In this document: piece by piece, positions 49,001-62,544 of the stretch
How the letters are laid out: every line of letters begins with the position of its first letter
Position numbering within the stretch: the stretch's first letter is position 1
Source: Nemertoderma westbladi
Lineage: Eukaryota > Animalia > Xenacoelomorpha
Assembly: GCA_032718475.1 (NCBI GenBank)
Contig: JAUCBJ010008300.1
Location: 1-64,000, forward strand
Direction of reading: 5' to 3'
Length of the DNA: 64,000 nt
Made by a program: the position numbers and the translations under genes
The notes under the pieces: generated by a model
Databases searched by the model: none
The model's input: the letters and a program-made list of their open reading frames with translations, nothing else
What the model was told of the DNA's origin: nothing

Positions 49001-52000
49001 GTGTTCTAGAATATGTATTATAGTTTCATCGTATTGCCAAAGCGGCTGGAGCCGAACTTAATATGTGATACAATAATTCACCTCAAATTTCTCAGCTATT
49101 TCATGAATATAATGAGTATTAAAGCCATGTCAAAATCCTTGGTGTTTTTCAGCAATAATTTATTAAAATCTCCTCTGATTTTTTACAAAAAACGACATCG
49201 ATTTTCATATTCATGACTTCTAACCCACTCCAAGAGATAGACAATCTTAAATGGAGGTCAAAAGAGCAGGTAACACTTACATTTATAGAAGTAATCAGCT
49301 GTTCTTTGCTTCGTCTTTCCCCTGGAAATGGATGCATTTTGATTGTGTCAGAACACCCCCTTTTTGAGGCTCTCGGAGTAAAGAGATAAGTAGCATATAT
49401 CTCCCTGTTAATATTGTTGTGTTCTAGAATATTAATTATAGTTTCATCGTGTTGCCAAAGCGGCTGGAGCCAAAGATAATATGTAATGCAATAATTCACC
49501 TCAAATATCTCAGCTAGTTCATAAATATAATGAGTATTAAATCCTTGTCAAAATCCTTGGTGTTTTTCAGCAATAATTTATTAAAATCTCCTCTGATTTT
49601 TTACAAAAAACGACATCGATTTTTATATTCATGACTTCTAACCCACTCCAATAGATAGACAATCTTAAATGAAAGTCAAAAGAGCAGGTAACACTTACAT
49701 TTATAGAAGTAATCAGCTGTTCTTTGCTTCGTCTTTCCCCTGGAGATGGATGAATTTGATTGCGTCGGAACACCCCCTTTTTGAGGCTTTCAGAGTGAAG
49801 ATATAAGTAGCCTATCTCCCTGTTAATATTGTTGTGTTCTAGAATATTTAATATAGTTTCATCGTATTGCCAAAGCGGCTGGAGCCCAAGTTAATATGTG
49901 ATACAATAATTCACCTCAAATTTCTCAGCTATTTTATGAATATAATGAGTATTAAAGCCATGTCAAAATCCTTGGGCTTTCAGCATTAATTTATTCAAAT
50001 CTCCTCTGATTTTTTACAAAAACGACATCGATTTTCATATTTATAACTTCTAACCCACTCCACGAGATAGAGAATCTTAAACGAAAGTCTTAAGAACAGG
50101 TAACACTTACATTTATAGAAGTAATCAGCTGTAATTTGCTTCGTCTTTCCCCAGGAGATGGATGAATTTTGATTGCGTCGGAACACCCCCTTTCTGAGGC
50201 TCTCAGAGTGGAGAGATAAGTAGCCTATCTTCCTGTTAATATTGTTGTGTTCTAGAATATTTATTATAGTTTCATCGTATTGCCAAAGCGGCTGGAGCCG
50301 AAGTTAATATGTGATACAATAATTCACCTCAAATTTCTCAGCTATTTCATGAATATAATGAGTATTAAAGCCATGTCAAAATCCTTGGTGTTTTTCAGCA
50401 TTAATTTATTCAAATCTCCTCTGATTTTTTACAAAAAACGACATCAATTTTCATATTCATGACTTCTAACCCATTCCAAGAGATAGACAATCTTAAATGA
50501 AAGTCAAAGGGAGCAGGTAACACTTACATTTATAGAAGTAATCAGCTGTTCTTTGCTTCGTCTTTCCCCTGGAGATGGATGAAATTTGATTGCGTCGGAA
50601 CACCCCCTTTTTGAGGCTCTCAGAGTGAAGATATAAGTAGCCTATCTCCCTGTTAATATTGTTGTGTTCTAGAATATGTATTATAGTTTCATCGTATTGC
50701 CAAAGCGGCTGGAGCCGAACTTAATATGTGATACAATAATTCACCTCAAATTTCTCAGCTATTTCATGAATATAATGAGTATTAAAGCCATGTCAAAATC
50801 CTTGGTGTTTTTCAGCAATAATTTATGAAAATCTCCTCTGATTTTTTACAAAAAACAACATCGATTTTCATATTCATGACTTCTAACCCACTCCAAGAGA
50901 TAGACAATCTTAAATGGAAGTCAAAAGAGCAGGTAACACTTACATTTATAGAAGTAATCAGCTGTTCTTTGCTTCGTCTTTCCCCTGGAGATGGATGAAT
51001 TTTGATTGCGTCGGAACACCCCCTTTTTGAGGCTCTCAGAGTGAAGATATAAGTAGCCTATCTCCCTGTTAATATTGTTGTATTCTATTGGAGTGTTTGC
51101 TTCGTCTTTCCCCAGGAGATGGATGAATTTTGATTGTGTCAGAACACCCCCTTTTTGAGGCTCTCAGAGTGAAGAGATAAGTAGCATATCTCCCTGTTAA
51201 TATTGTTGTGTTCTAGAATATTAATTATAGTTTCATCGTGTTGTCAAAGCGGCTGGAGCCAAAGATAATATGTAATGCAATAATTCAACTCAAATATCTC
51301 AGCTAGTTCATGAATATAATGAGTATTAAATCCTTGTCAAAATAATTGGTGTTTTTCAGCAATAATTTATTAAAATCTCCTCTGATTTTTTACAAAAAAC
51401 GACATCGATTTTCATATTCATGACTTCTAACCCACTCCAAGAGATAGACAATCTTAAATGGAAGTCAAAAGAGCAGGTAACACTTACATTTATAGAAGTA
51501 ATCAGCTGTTCTTTGCTTCGTCTTTCCCCTGGAGATGGATGAATTTTGATTGCCTCGGAACACCCCCTTTTTGAGGCTCTCAGAGTGAAGATATAAGTAG
51601 CCTATCTCCCTGTTAATATTGTTGTGTTCTAGAATATGTATTATAGTTTCATCGTATTGCCAAAGCGGCTGGAGCCGAACTTAATATGTGATACAATAAT
51701 TCACCTCAAATTTCTCAGCTATTTCATGAATATAATGAGTATTAAAGCCATGTCAAAATCCTTGGTGTTTTTCAGCAATAATTTATTAAAATCTCCTCTG
51801 ATTTTTTACAAAAAACGACATCGATTTTCATATTCATGACTTCTAACCCACTCCAAGAGATAGACAATCTTAAATGGAGGTCAAAAGAGCAGGTAACACT
51901 TACATTTATAGAAGTAATCAGCTGTTCTTTGCTTCGTCTTTCCCCTGGAAATGGATGCATTTTGATTGTGTCAGAACACCCCCTTTTTGAGGCTCTCGGA

Positions 52001-55000
52001 GTAAAGAGATAAGTAGCATATATCTCCCTGTTAATATTGTTGTGTTCTAGAATATTAATTATAGTTTCATCGTGTTGCCAAAGCGGCTGGAGCCAAAGAT
52101 AATATGTAATGCAATAATTCACCTCAAATATCTCAGCTAGTTCATAAATATAATGAGTATTAAATCCTTGTCAAAATCCTTGGTGTTTTTCAGCAATAAT
52201 TTATTAAAATCTCCTCTGATTTTTTACAAAAAACGACATCGATTTTTATATTCATGACTTCTAACCCACTCCAAGAGATAGACAATCTTAAATGAAAGTC
52301 AAAAGAGCAGGTAACACTTACATTTATAGAAGTAATCAGCTGTTCTTTGCTTCGTCTTTCCCCTGGAGATGGATGAATTTGATTGCGTCGGAACACCCCC
52401 TTTTTGAGGCTTTCAGAGTGAAGATATAAGTAGCCTATCTCCCTGTTAATATTGTTGTGTTCTAGAATATTTAATATAGTTTCATCGTATTGCCAAAGCG
52501 ACTGGAGCCCAAGTTAATATTGTTGTTTTCTAGAATATTGAATATAGTTTCATCGTATTGCCAAAGCGGCTGGAGCCGAAGTTAATATGTGATACAATAA
52601 TTCACTTCAAATTTCTCAGCTATTTCATGAATATAATGAGTATTAAAGCCATGTCAAAATCCTAGGGGTTTTTCAGCAATAATTTATCAAAATATCCTCT
52701 GATTTTTTTCAAAAACCACATCGATTTTCATATTTATAACTTCTAACCCACTCCATGAGATATAGAATCTTAAATGAAAGTCAAAAGAACAGGTAACACT
52801 GGTAACACAGTGAAGAGATAAGTAGCCTTATCTCCCTGTTAATATTATTGTGTTCTAGAATATTTATTATAGTTTCATCGTATTGCCAAAGAGACTGGAG
52901 CTGAAATTAATATATAATGCAACAATTCACCTCAAGTATCTCAGCTATTTCATGAACATAATGAAGTATTAAATCCATGTCAAAATCCTTCGGGTTTTTC
53001 AGCAATAATTTATCAAAATATCCTCTGATTTTTTTCAAAAACCACATCGATTTTCATATTCATGACTTCTAACCCACTCCACGAGATAGACAATCTTAAA
53101 TGAAAGTCAAAACAGCAGGTAACACTTACATTTATAGAAGTAATCAGCTGTTCTTTGCTTCGTCTTTCCCCTGGAGATGGATGAATTTTGATTGCGTCGG
53201 AACACCCCCTTTTTGAGGCTCTCAGAGTGAAGATATAAGTAGCCTATCTCCCTGTTAATATTGTTGTGTTCTAGAATATTTATTATAGTTTCATCGTATT
53301 GCCAAAGCGGCTGGAGCCGAAGTTAATATGGGATACAATAATTCACCTCAAATTTCTCAGCTATTTCATGAATATAATGAGTATTAAAGCCATGTCAAAA
53401 TCCTTGGTGTTTTTCAGCATTAATTTATTAAAATCTCCTCTAATTTTTTACAAAAAACGACATCGATTTTCATATTCATGACTTCTAACCCACTCCAAGA
53501 GATAGACAATCTTAAATGAAAGTCAAAAGAGCAGGTAACACTTAAATTTATAGAAGTAATCAGCTGTTCTTTGCTTCGTATTTCCCCTGGAGATGGATGA
53601 ATTTTGATTGTGTCAGAACACCCCCTTTTTGAGGCTCTCAGAGTGAAGAGATAAGTAGCCTATCTCCCTGTTAATATTGTTGTGTTCTAGAATATTTATT
53701 ATAGTTTCATCGTATTGCCAAAGCGGCTGGAGCCGAATTTAATATGTGATACAATAATTCACCTCAAATTTCTCAGCTATTTCATGAATATAATGAGTAT
53801 TAAAGCCATGTCAAAATCCTTGGTGTTTTTCAGCATTAATTTATTAAAATCTTCTCTGATTTTTTACAAAAAACGACATCGATTTTCATATTCATGACTT
53901 CTAACCCACTCCAAGAGATAGACAATCTTAAATGAAAGTCAAAAGAGCAGGTAACACTTACATTTATAGAAGTAATCAGCTGTTCTTTGCTTCGTCTTTC
54001 CCCTGGAGATGGATGAATTTTGATTGCGTCGGAACACCCCCTTTTTGAGGCTCTGAGTGAAGATATAAGTAGCCTATCTCCCTGTTAATATTGTTGTGTT
54101 CTAGAATGTGTATTATAGTTTCATCGTAAGCCCAAAGCAGCTGGAGCCGAACTTAATATGTGATACAATAATTCACCTCAAATTTCTGAGCTATTTCATG
54201 AATAATGAGTTTTAAAGCCATGTCAAAATCCTTGGTGTTTTTCAGCATTAATTTATTAAAACCTCCTCTGATTTTTTACAAAAAACGACATCGATTTTTA
54301 TATTTATAACTTCTAACCCACTCCACGAGATAGAGAATCTTAAACGAAAGTCATAAGAACAGGTAACACTTACATTTATAGAAGTAATCAGCTGTTATTT
54401 GCTTCGTCTTTCTCCTGGAGATGGATTAATTTTGATTGCGTCGGAACACCCCCTATCTGTGGCTCTCAGAGTGAAGATATAAGTAGCCTATCTCCCTGTT
54501 AATATTGTTGTGTTTTAGAATATGTATTATAGTTTCATCATATTGCCAAAGCGGCTGGAGCCGAAGTTAATATGTGATACAATAATTCACCTCAAATTTC
54601 TCAGCTATTTCATGAATATAATGAGTATTAAAGCCATGTCATAATCCTTGGTGTTTTTCAGCATTAATGTATTAAAATCTCCTCTGATTTTTTACAAAAA
54701 ACGACATCGATTTTTATATTCATGACTTCTAACCCACTCCAAGAGATAGACAATCTTAAATGAAAGTCAAAAGTGCAGGTAACACTTACATTTATAGAAG
54801 TAATCAGCTGTTCTTTGCTTCGTCTTTCCCCTGGAGATGGATGAATTTTGATTGTGTCAGAACACCCCCTTTTTGAGGCTCTCAGAGTGAAGAGATAAGT
54901 AGCCTATCTCCCTGTTAATATTGTTGTGTTCTAGAATATTTATTATAGTTTCATCGTATTGCCAAAGCGGCTGGAGCCGAAGTTAATATGTGATACAATA

Positions 55001-56834
55001 ATTCACCTCAAATTTCTCAGATATTTCATGAATATAATGAGTATTAAAGCCATGTCAAAATCCTTGGTGTTTTTCAGCATTAATTTATTAAAATCTTCTC
55101 TGATTTTTTACAAAAAACGACATCGATTTTCATATTCATGACTTCTAACCCACTCCAAGAGATAGACAATCTTAAATGAAAGTCAAAAGAGCAGGTAACA
55201 CTTACATTTATAGAAGTAATCAGCTGTTCTTTGCTTCGTCTTTCCCCTGGAGATGGATGAATTTTGATTGCGTCGGAACACCCCCTTTTTGAGGCTCTGA
55301 GTGAAGATATAAGTAGCCTATCTCCCTGTTAATATTGTTGTGTTCTAGAATGTGTATTATAGTTTCATCGTAAGCCCAAAGCAGCTGGAGCCGAACTTAA
55401 TATGTGATACAATAATTCACCTCAAATTTCTGAGCTATTTCATGAATAATGAGTTTTAAAGCCATGTCAAAATCCTTGGTGTTTTTCAGCATTAATTTAT
55501 TAAAACCTCCTCTGATTTTTTACAAAAAACGACATCGATTTTTATATTTATAACTTCTAACCCACTCCACGAGATAGAGAATCTTAAACGAAAGTCATAA
55601 GAACAGGTAACACTTACATTTATAGAAGTAATCAGCTGTTATTTGCTTCGTCTTTCTCCTGGAGATGGATTAATTTTGATTGCGTCGGAACACCCCCTAT
55701 CTGTGGCTCTCAGAGTGAAGATATAAGTAGCCTATCTCCCTGTTAATATTGTTGTGTTTTAGAATATGTATTATAGTTTCATCATATTGCCAAAGCGGCT
55801 GGAGCCGAAGTTAATATGTGATACAATAATTCACCTCAAATTTCTCAGCTATTTCATGAATATAATGAGTATTAAAGCCATGTCATAATCCTTGGTGTTT
55901 TTCAGCATTAATGTATTAAAATCTCCTCTGATTTTTTACAAAAAACGACATCGATTTTTATATTCATGACTTCTAACCCACTCCAAGAGATAGACAATCT
56001 TAAATGAAAGTCAAAAGTGCAGGTAACACTTACATTTATAGAAGTAATCAGCTGTTCTTTGCTTCGTCTTTCCCCTGGAGATGGATGAATTTTGATTGTG
56101 TCAGAACACCCCCTTTTTGAGGCTCTCAGAGTGAAGAGATAAGTAGCCTATCTCCCTGTTAATATTGTTGTGTTCTAGAATATTTATTATAGTTTCATCG
56201 TATTGCCAAAGCGGCTGGAGCCGAAGTTAATATGTGATACAATAATTCACCTCAAATTTCTCAGCTATTTCATGAATATAATGAGTATTAAAGCCATGTC
56301 AAAATCCTTGGTGTTTTTCAGCATTAATTTATTAAAATCTCCTCTGATTTTTTACAAAAAACGACATCGATTTTCATATTCATGACTTCTAACCCACTCC
56401 AAGAGATAGAAAATCTTAAATGAAAGTCAAAAGAGCAGGTAACACTTACATTTATAGAAGTAATCAGCTGTTATTTGCTTCGTCTTTCCCCTGGAGATGG
56501 ATGAATTTTGATTGCGTCGGAACACCCCCTTTTTGAGGCTCTCAGAGTGAAGATATAAGTAGCCTATCTCCCTGTTAATATTGTTGTGTTCTAGAATGTG
56601 TATTATAGTTTCATCGTATTGCCAAAGCAGCTGGAGCCGAACTTAATATGTGATACAAAAATTCACCTCAAATTTCTCAGCTATTTCATGAATAATGAGT
56701 ATTAAAGCCATGTCAAAATCCTTGGTGTTTTTCAGCATTAATTTATTAAAATCTCCTCTGATTTTTTACAAAAAAACGACATTGATTTTCATATTTATAA
56801 CTTCTAACCCACTCCACGAGATAGATAATCTTAA
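43067..56834 (+). repeat. ~416-bp satellite array (part 2) with higher-order repeats
   Basis: The monomer continues across the TSD. Periods are 1791/1794/3585 bp (43637, 45428, 47222, 49013), plus a 1244-bp trimer (53715, 54959, 56203). Confidence 0.97.
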
Positions 56835-58388
56835 CCCTATTAGTACCGGGCTATAAAATGTTGTACAAATACCGGGAGGGGGTCATATTGACCCCCCCTT
56901 CTAAAATCTACAAATATTTACGAAAAGGTCTGATTTTTTGTTTGTACGTAGGTATCACTTGTCTGGATCCGAACGAAAAAAAAAATTTTCGAAAAAATGT
57001 ACTGGGGTGGTTATATTGCAGCACCAAAATTACAAGTAGTGCACAATTTTCACCAAATTTGAAAGATATATTTTCGGCTAATTATTTTTCAATACAGGTT
57101 TTCTGGGGTGTAAAATACATTGGAAAATATTAAAAAATGATATGATTACTATAAATGGCTGTTTAGTCCCCTCTGCGTAGGAAAAAAATGAAAAAAACAA
57201 GTAACCAGCACTTTTCAGTTAGAACACAAAATTTTTAATTCACTTATACGATGCTATAAATTCACATTTTCAGGTTTTCGAGGGCGCTGATTCTAATGGA
57301 ATACATTTCTAATATGCTAGATCATTGCTACTTGTATTTTTCGGCGTAATTTGGCAAATTTTGGTGCTAGCACCAAATTTCGTACCCATCACCAAAAAGT
57401 ACAAGTTTGCGATGTCCAGTGCTGTTTTTATTGATTCCATCGGATTCAGGACCCTCATAAACCCGTATAACGCAAGAAACCAGGTGATACTATCTACTTA
57501 TCAATTTGCATATTTTCCAAAATTTGGTGCTGGCACAACAATTTTCACCCACCGGCGAAAAATACAAGTTTGACAACTCTTATGAAATTTTTACTGATTC
57601 CATTGAATTCAGAACCATCACAAACCCGTATAACGCAAGAAACAAGGTGACACAATCAATTGATATATTTGATGGTTTTCAAAATTTGGTGCTAGCACCA
57701 CATTTTGCACCCACATCCGAAAAATACAAGTTTGAGATGTCTAGTTCGATAATTATATTTTCCATTGAATTCAGAACAGCCATAAACCTCTAAAACGCAA
57801 GAAATAAATTCTCACAAGCAATTTTATCTATTGAATGGATTTTCAAAATTTCGTGCTAGCACCAAAATTTGCACACAGCACCGAAAAATACAAGTTTGAT
57901 ACGCTTGGTGCAACTCGTATATATTTCTTCGAATCCAGAAACCTAAAAAACCCCAATTGCGTAAAAAACAAGTTTCAAACGATCAATTTACAAAATTGAC
58001 TTATTTCAAAATTTGGTGCTGGCACCAAAATTTGGCACCCACCGAAAAAAACAAGTTTAAAATTTCTAAATCAATTTATATGAATTCCATCAAATTTCAA
58101 ACAACAAAAAACCCGTGTAAATAAAAAATAGAGATGTTACAATTCATATTTAATGAAATGTAATTTTCAAAAAACGTCTCAAAAAAAGTGCCAAAAGTAG
58201 GATTAAAAAATGGCGCTATAACTCGAAAAGTACACAATATTTTTGAAAACGGTTTTCACTACTAGGAAGACAATAGATTTTTAGGAAAAGTCATAAAATT
58301 TCAGATTCCCAACTGCGTTTGTTTCAGAATTATAATAAAAAAACCACGGGAGGGGTCATATTGACCCCCCCCCCCGGGTTTAATAGGG
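56835..58388. mobile_element. non-autonomous piggyBac-type DNA transposon (1554 bp)
   Basis: TTAA TSD (56831-56834 and 58389-58392), imperfect TIRs CCCTATTA-nnn-CCGGG, and a subterminal palindrome GGGGTCATATTGACCCC at both ends. No transposase. Confidence 0.9.
57350..58140. repeat. ~163-bp internal tandem repeat (about 5 diverged copies) in the piggyBac element
   Basis: The palindromic core TTGGTGCTAGCACCAA or a variant recurs at ~57361, 57524, 57686, 57850 and 58013, each followed by ACAAGTTT. Confidence 0.8.
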
Positions 58389-60179
58389 TTAAACGAAAGT
58401 CATAAGAACAGGTAACACTTACATTTATAGAAGTAATCAGCTGTTATTTGCTTTGTCTTTCCCCAGCAGATGGATGAATTTTGATTGCGTCGGAACACCC
58501 TCTTTCTGAGGCTCTCAGAGTGGAGAGATAAGTAGCCTATCTCTCTGTTAATATTGTTGTGTTCTACAATATTTATTATAGTTTCATCGTATTGCCAAAG
58601 CGGCTGGAGCCGAAGTTAATATGTGATACAATAATTCACCTCAAATTTCTCAGCTATTTCATGAATATAATGAGTATTAAAGCCCTGTCAAAATCCTTGG
58701 GGTTTTTCAGCAATAATTTATCAAAATATCCTCTGATTTTTTTCAAAAACCACATCGATTTTCATATTTATAACTTCTAACCCACTCCACGAGATAGATA
58801 ATCTTAAACGAAAGTCATAAGAACAGGTAACACTTTCATTTATAGAAGTAATCAGGTGTTATTTGCTTCGTCTTTCCCCAGCAGATGGATGAAATTTGAT
58901 TGCGTCGTCGGAACACCCCCTTTCTGAGGCTCTCAGAGTGGAGAGATAAGTAGCCTATCTCCCTGTTAATATTGTTGTGTTCTATAATATTTATTATAGT
59001 TTCATCGTATTGCCAAAGCGGCTGGAGCCAAAGTTAATATGTAATGCAATAATTAACCTCAAATATCTCAGCTATTTCATGAATATAATGAGTATTAAAT
59101 CCTTGTCAAAATCCTTGGTATTTTTCAGCAATAATTTATTAAAATCTCCTCTGATTTTTTACAAAAAACGACATCAATTTTCATATTCATGACTTCTAAC
59201 CCACTCCAAGAGATACACAATCTTAACGAAAGTCAAAAGAACAGGTAACACTTACATTTATAGAAGTAATCAGCTATTATTTGCTTCGTCTTTCCCCTGG
59301 AGATGGATGAATTTTGATTGCGTCGGAACACCCCCTTTTTGAGGCTCTTAGAGTGAAGAGATAAGTAGCCTATTTCCCTGTTAATATTGTTGTGTTCTAG
59401 AATATTTATTATAGTTTCATCGTATTGCCAAAGCGTCTGGAGCCAAAGTTAATATGTGATACAATAATTCACCTCAAATTTCTCAGCTATTTCATGAATA
59501 TAATGAGTATTAAAGACATGTCTAAATCCTTGGGGTTTTTCAGCAATAATTTATCAAAATATCCTCTGATTTTTTTTCAAAAACCACATCGATTTTCATA
59601 TTTATAACTTCTAACCCACTCCACGAGATAGAGAATCTTAAGCGAAAGTCATAAGAACAGGTAACACTTTCATTTATGGAAGTAATCAGCTGTTATTTGC
59701 TTCGTCTTTCCCCAGGAGATGGATGAAATTTGATTGCGTCGGAACACCCCCTTTTTGAGGCTCTCAGAGTGAAGAGATAAGTAGCCATCTCACTGTTAAT
59801 ATTGTTGTGTTCTAGAATATTTATTATAGTTTCATCGAATTGCCAAAGTGGCTGGAGCCGAAGTTAATATGTGATACAATAATTCACCTCAAATTTCTCA
59901 GCTATTTCATGAATATAATGAGTATTAAAGCCATGTCAAAATCCTTGGGGTTTTTCAGCAATAATTTATCAAAATATCCTCTGATTTTTTTCAAAAACCA
60001 CATTGATTTTCATATTCATGACTTCTATCCCAGTCCGCAAGATAAATAATCTTAAACGAAAGTCAAAAGAACAGGTAACACTTACATTTATAGAAGTAAT
60101 CAGCTGTTATTTGCTTCGTCTTTCCCCAGGAGATGGATAAATTTTGATTGCGTCGGAACTCCCCCTTTCTGAGGCTCTC
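58389..60179 (+). repeat. ~416-bp satellite (part 3, more divergent monomers)
   Basis: The monomer resumes exactly after the TTAA TSD. Confidence 0.95.
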
Positions 60180-62544
60180 TGTTACGGTATATGGCGATGT
60201 ATCCACATTTGCAACGGCTAACAATGTTATAAATTCCGTTGTACTGTATACGCGGTGTTGGTTATTATACAGTACATATTATTAGTCATTATACAGTGTA
60301 ATATATTAGTCCATTATGCAGTATAATATATTAGTCCGTTATACTGTACGCAATATTAGTCCGTTGTGCAGCATAATATTTTAGATAAGGCATAATAGCG
60401 CAGTGGCATTTAGATAAGGAAATTGAAACGCCCATATATTTTGAATTCATCCATTTTGTATAGTATGTAGCCCTACCTACGTAATTTTGTATTAGGATAT
60501 TAGTAGATAGTTCCAGGGTAGCAAGTTCAGTTGGACCCTGGATATGGGCTTGCCGTTATTCGCCTCGATGGGGCTGGCTGTCACGGGTCTTATTTTCCTA
60601 TAATTGCGCTAAATTAATGTTTGTGCATCATGTTATTAGTACCGCTAAATTAAGCACCGGCAAAATTACCTTATATGGTGACGTTTTGAGGGTTAGGGGG
60701 GCAATAGGGCTACAATCCGGCCTTCTTATTGGACTAACTGCTTCCAGGTTGGCTTAATGCTAGCGCGGGCTGGAGAGCCAATAAGAGAGCGATTGAGTCA
60801 CCTTATTGCATCACCCCACTCGGATCACCTATAAATTGGCGGTCTGCCGGTAGAGCTGTACCAATCCCCATTACCACCCATTACCTTCAGTTCAACCTGT
60901 TAGAAGTATAATTTAGCGTATTTCTGCAATTTTCTACTTTCGATTAATTTCTCGACATGATTTGCTAGTGCGATTATTCTTGATTGCGTTTCTCAATTAA
61001 TCCTATCGATTACTGCTAATTACAACCGGAACTATGATTTCTACCCTTTTTGTTAATGGTTCTATGTGATTCTTTTCTACGCAATAATCCTACGGGATTT
61101 ATGCGCCGCTACGGTAGCTATTAGCATAATGGAGGGCTAAGGTGCCGGTAGGCGGTGGGCACATCGGGGGGTTGAGCGACTAAGGGAGAGCGGAGGATTC
61201 AAAGGCGGGCAACGCTGGCGGAGGGCCACCGTTGCGGTCAGGCAATTCGCGCTGTAGCACGCAGACCATTCGCCGATACAGTAATTAGGGGGCTGATGAT
61301 CCAGGTTTCGTCTCTATTTAGTGTTAGGGGGGCAGGAATCGGGTTAGTTAGGAAACCTAGATGTATCCGGGAGAGGCCTGCGCGTATTACAGCGTAGAGC
61401 GTAGAGTGTGTAGTACGAATAGTGAATCACACAATTGTGGGCTATACAGTAGTTAACTACATAATTGCGAACGGTGATTGCTGATGCTGATTGGTGTGTT
61501 ACTGAAGTGTGCCTATGATTATGAATGTTTAGGTAGGCGCCCTTTTCTCTTTGATTGATTTCTATTTCTTAGTTACAACAAATAATTACTGATTAAGTCA
61601 AAGTAATACGGTAATTTAGGCTATTACTAGCGAAACCTGTTGCGTAATAAATTAGAATTACGCATTCTGGAACTCTTAGTAATTAGTACGCTGTTACATA
61701 TTTGTGACTGTAGTTGATTAGTAAAATTAAGAATTAGTACGCAGCATAGCGGAGAATAGCTAAGGTAATAATTAGGGTACTGTAAACTATTCACGCTGAG
61801 CGGTTATTTGCATTAGCGGGCAATCAGCCAGATCGCATTATTCAGTACGCAATAGGATAGTAATTTGCTGGCCTAAAGCCAGCCGCAGGCAAGTTTAGAC
61901 CCATAGTGGTATTATCCACGTAGAAACAAATACTGTATCATTTGATTATTTTAAATATTCTCGCATTCATACATTCTGTTAGGGAACCCCACGTATTCGC
62001 GATTAGAAAAGGCGTAGGAAAATAGTGTGCTTTAATAGTGATAAAATTAGGCGTAAGAGTACTCTGAGTGCAAAGCCTCTCGCACTCGTCTTAAGTAAGC
62101 TTAGGGAGCCGACTCGGGTTTATTGTTTTGGTTATTCCCGCATGGCTCATAGATTCGAACAGTTAGCTCTCTATCGAGCGATCGGTAGAAACTGACAGAC
62201 AAACTGACAAATGGTACCACCAAGGTACCGGACCTGTCGCGGTACCGTACCAGCGTGGTATGGGTATGCATGCGCTACCAAATCAGTCAGCCAGTTGAAT
62301 GTACTATCTGATTATACTAACTGTACTATTCTGCTATTCCCATATACCAGTATACCAGCGGTATAGGAGGACTATAACTAAACCAGTAAACTGTCTCTGT
62401 CTGTCTGTAGGTTAAGTATACTGGTATAAATCATTCTAAGGTCAGCTGACGATAGCAGTACAGCTTACAGTAGTATGAAATGAATGGACTTCGCTAGCGA
62501 AGTCGGATCAGACAGTATGCCATTCCTGTAGTATAGTAGTCCTT
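60180..62544 (+). mobile_element. truncated LTR retrotransposon (putative ~2-kb LTR 60180-62209, PBS, and start of the internal region)
   Basis: Begins TGTTAC exactly where the monomer breaks. Has CCAAT (~60779), TATAAA (~60830), and ...CTGACA-AA-TGGTACCA at 62204-62219, which resembles an LTR end plus tRNA PBS. No second LTR, TSD or ORF in the window. Confidence 0.55.
60267..60385 (+). repeat. ~25-bp minisatellite (about 5 copies) in the putative U3
   Basis: Units such as ATACAGTGTAATATATTAGTCCATT. Confidence 0.7.

Noticed and set aside
12807-56834. CRISPR-like array
   Set aside because: The units are wholly repeated ~416-bp monomers with no unique spacers; the context is eukaryotic and there are no cas genes.
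12929-60049. Dozens of 60-125-aa ORFs (MYYSFIVLPKRLEP..., MNYCITYYLW..., MFRRNQIHPSPG...) as a tandem gene family
   Set aside because: They are translations of the satellite monomer on both strands. Monomers differ by 1-2-bp indels and stops with no sign of frame preservation.
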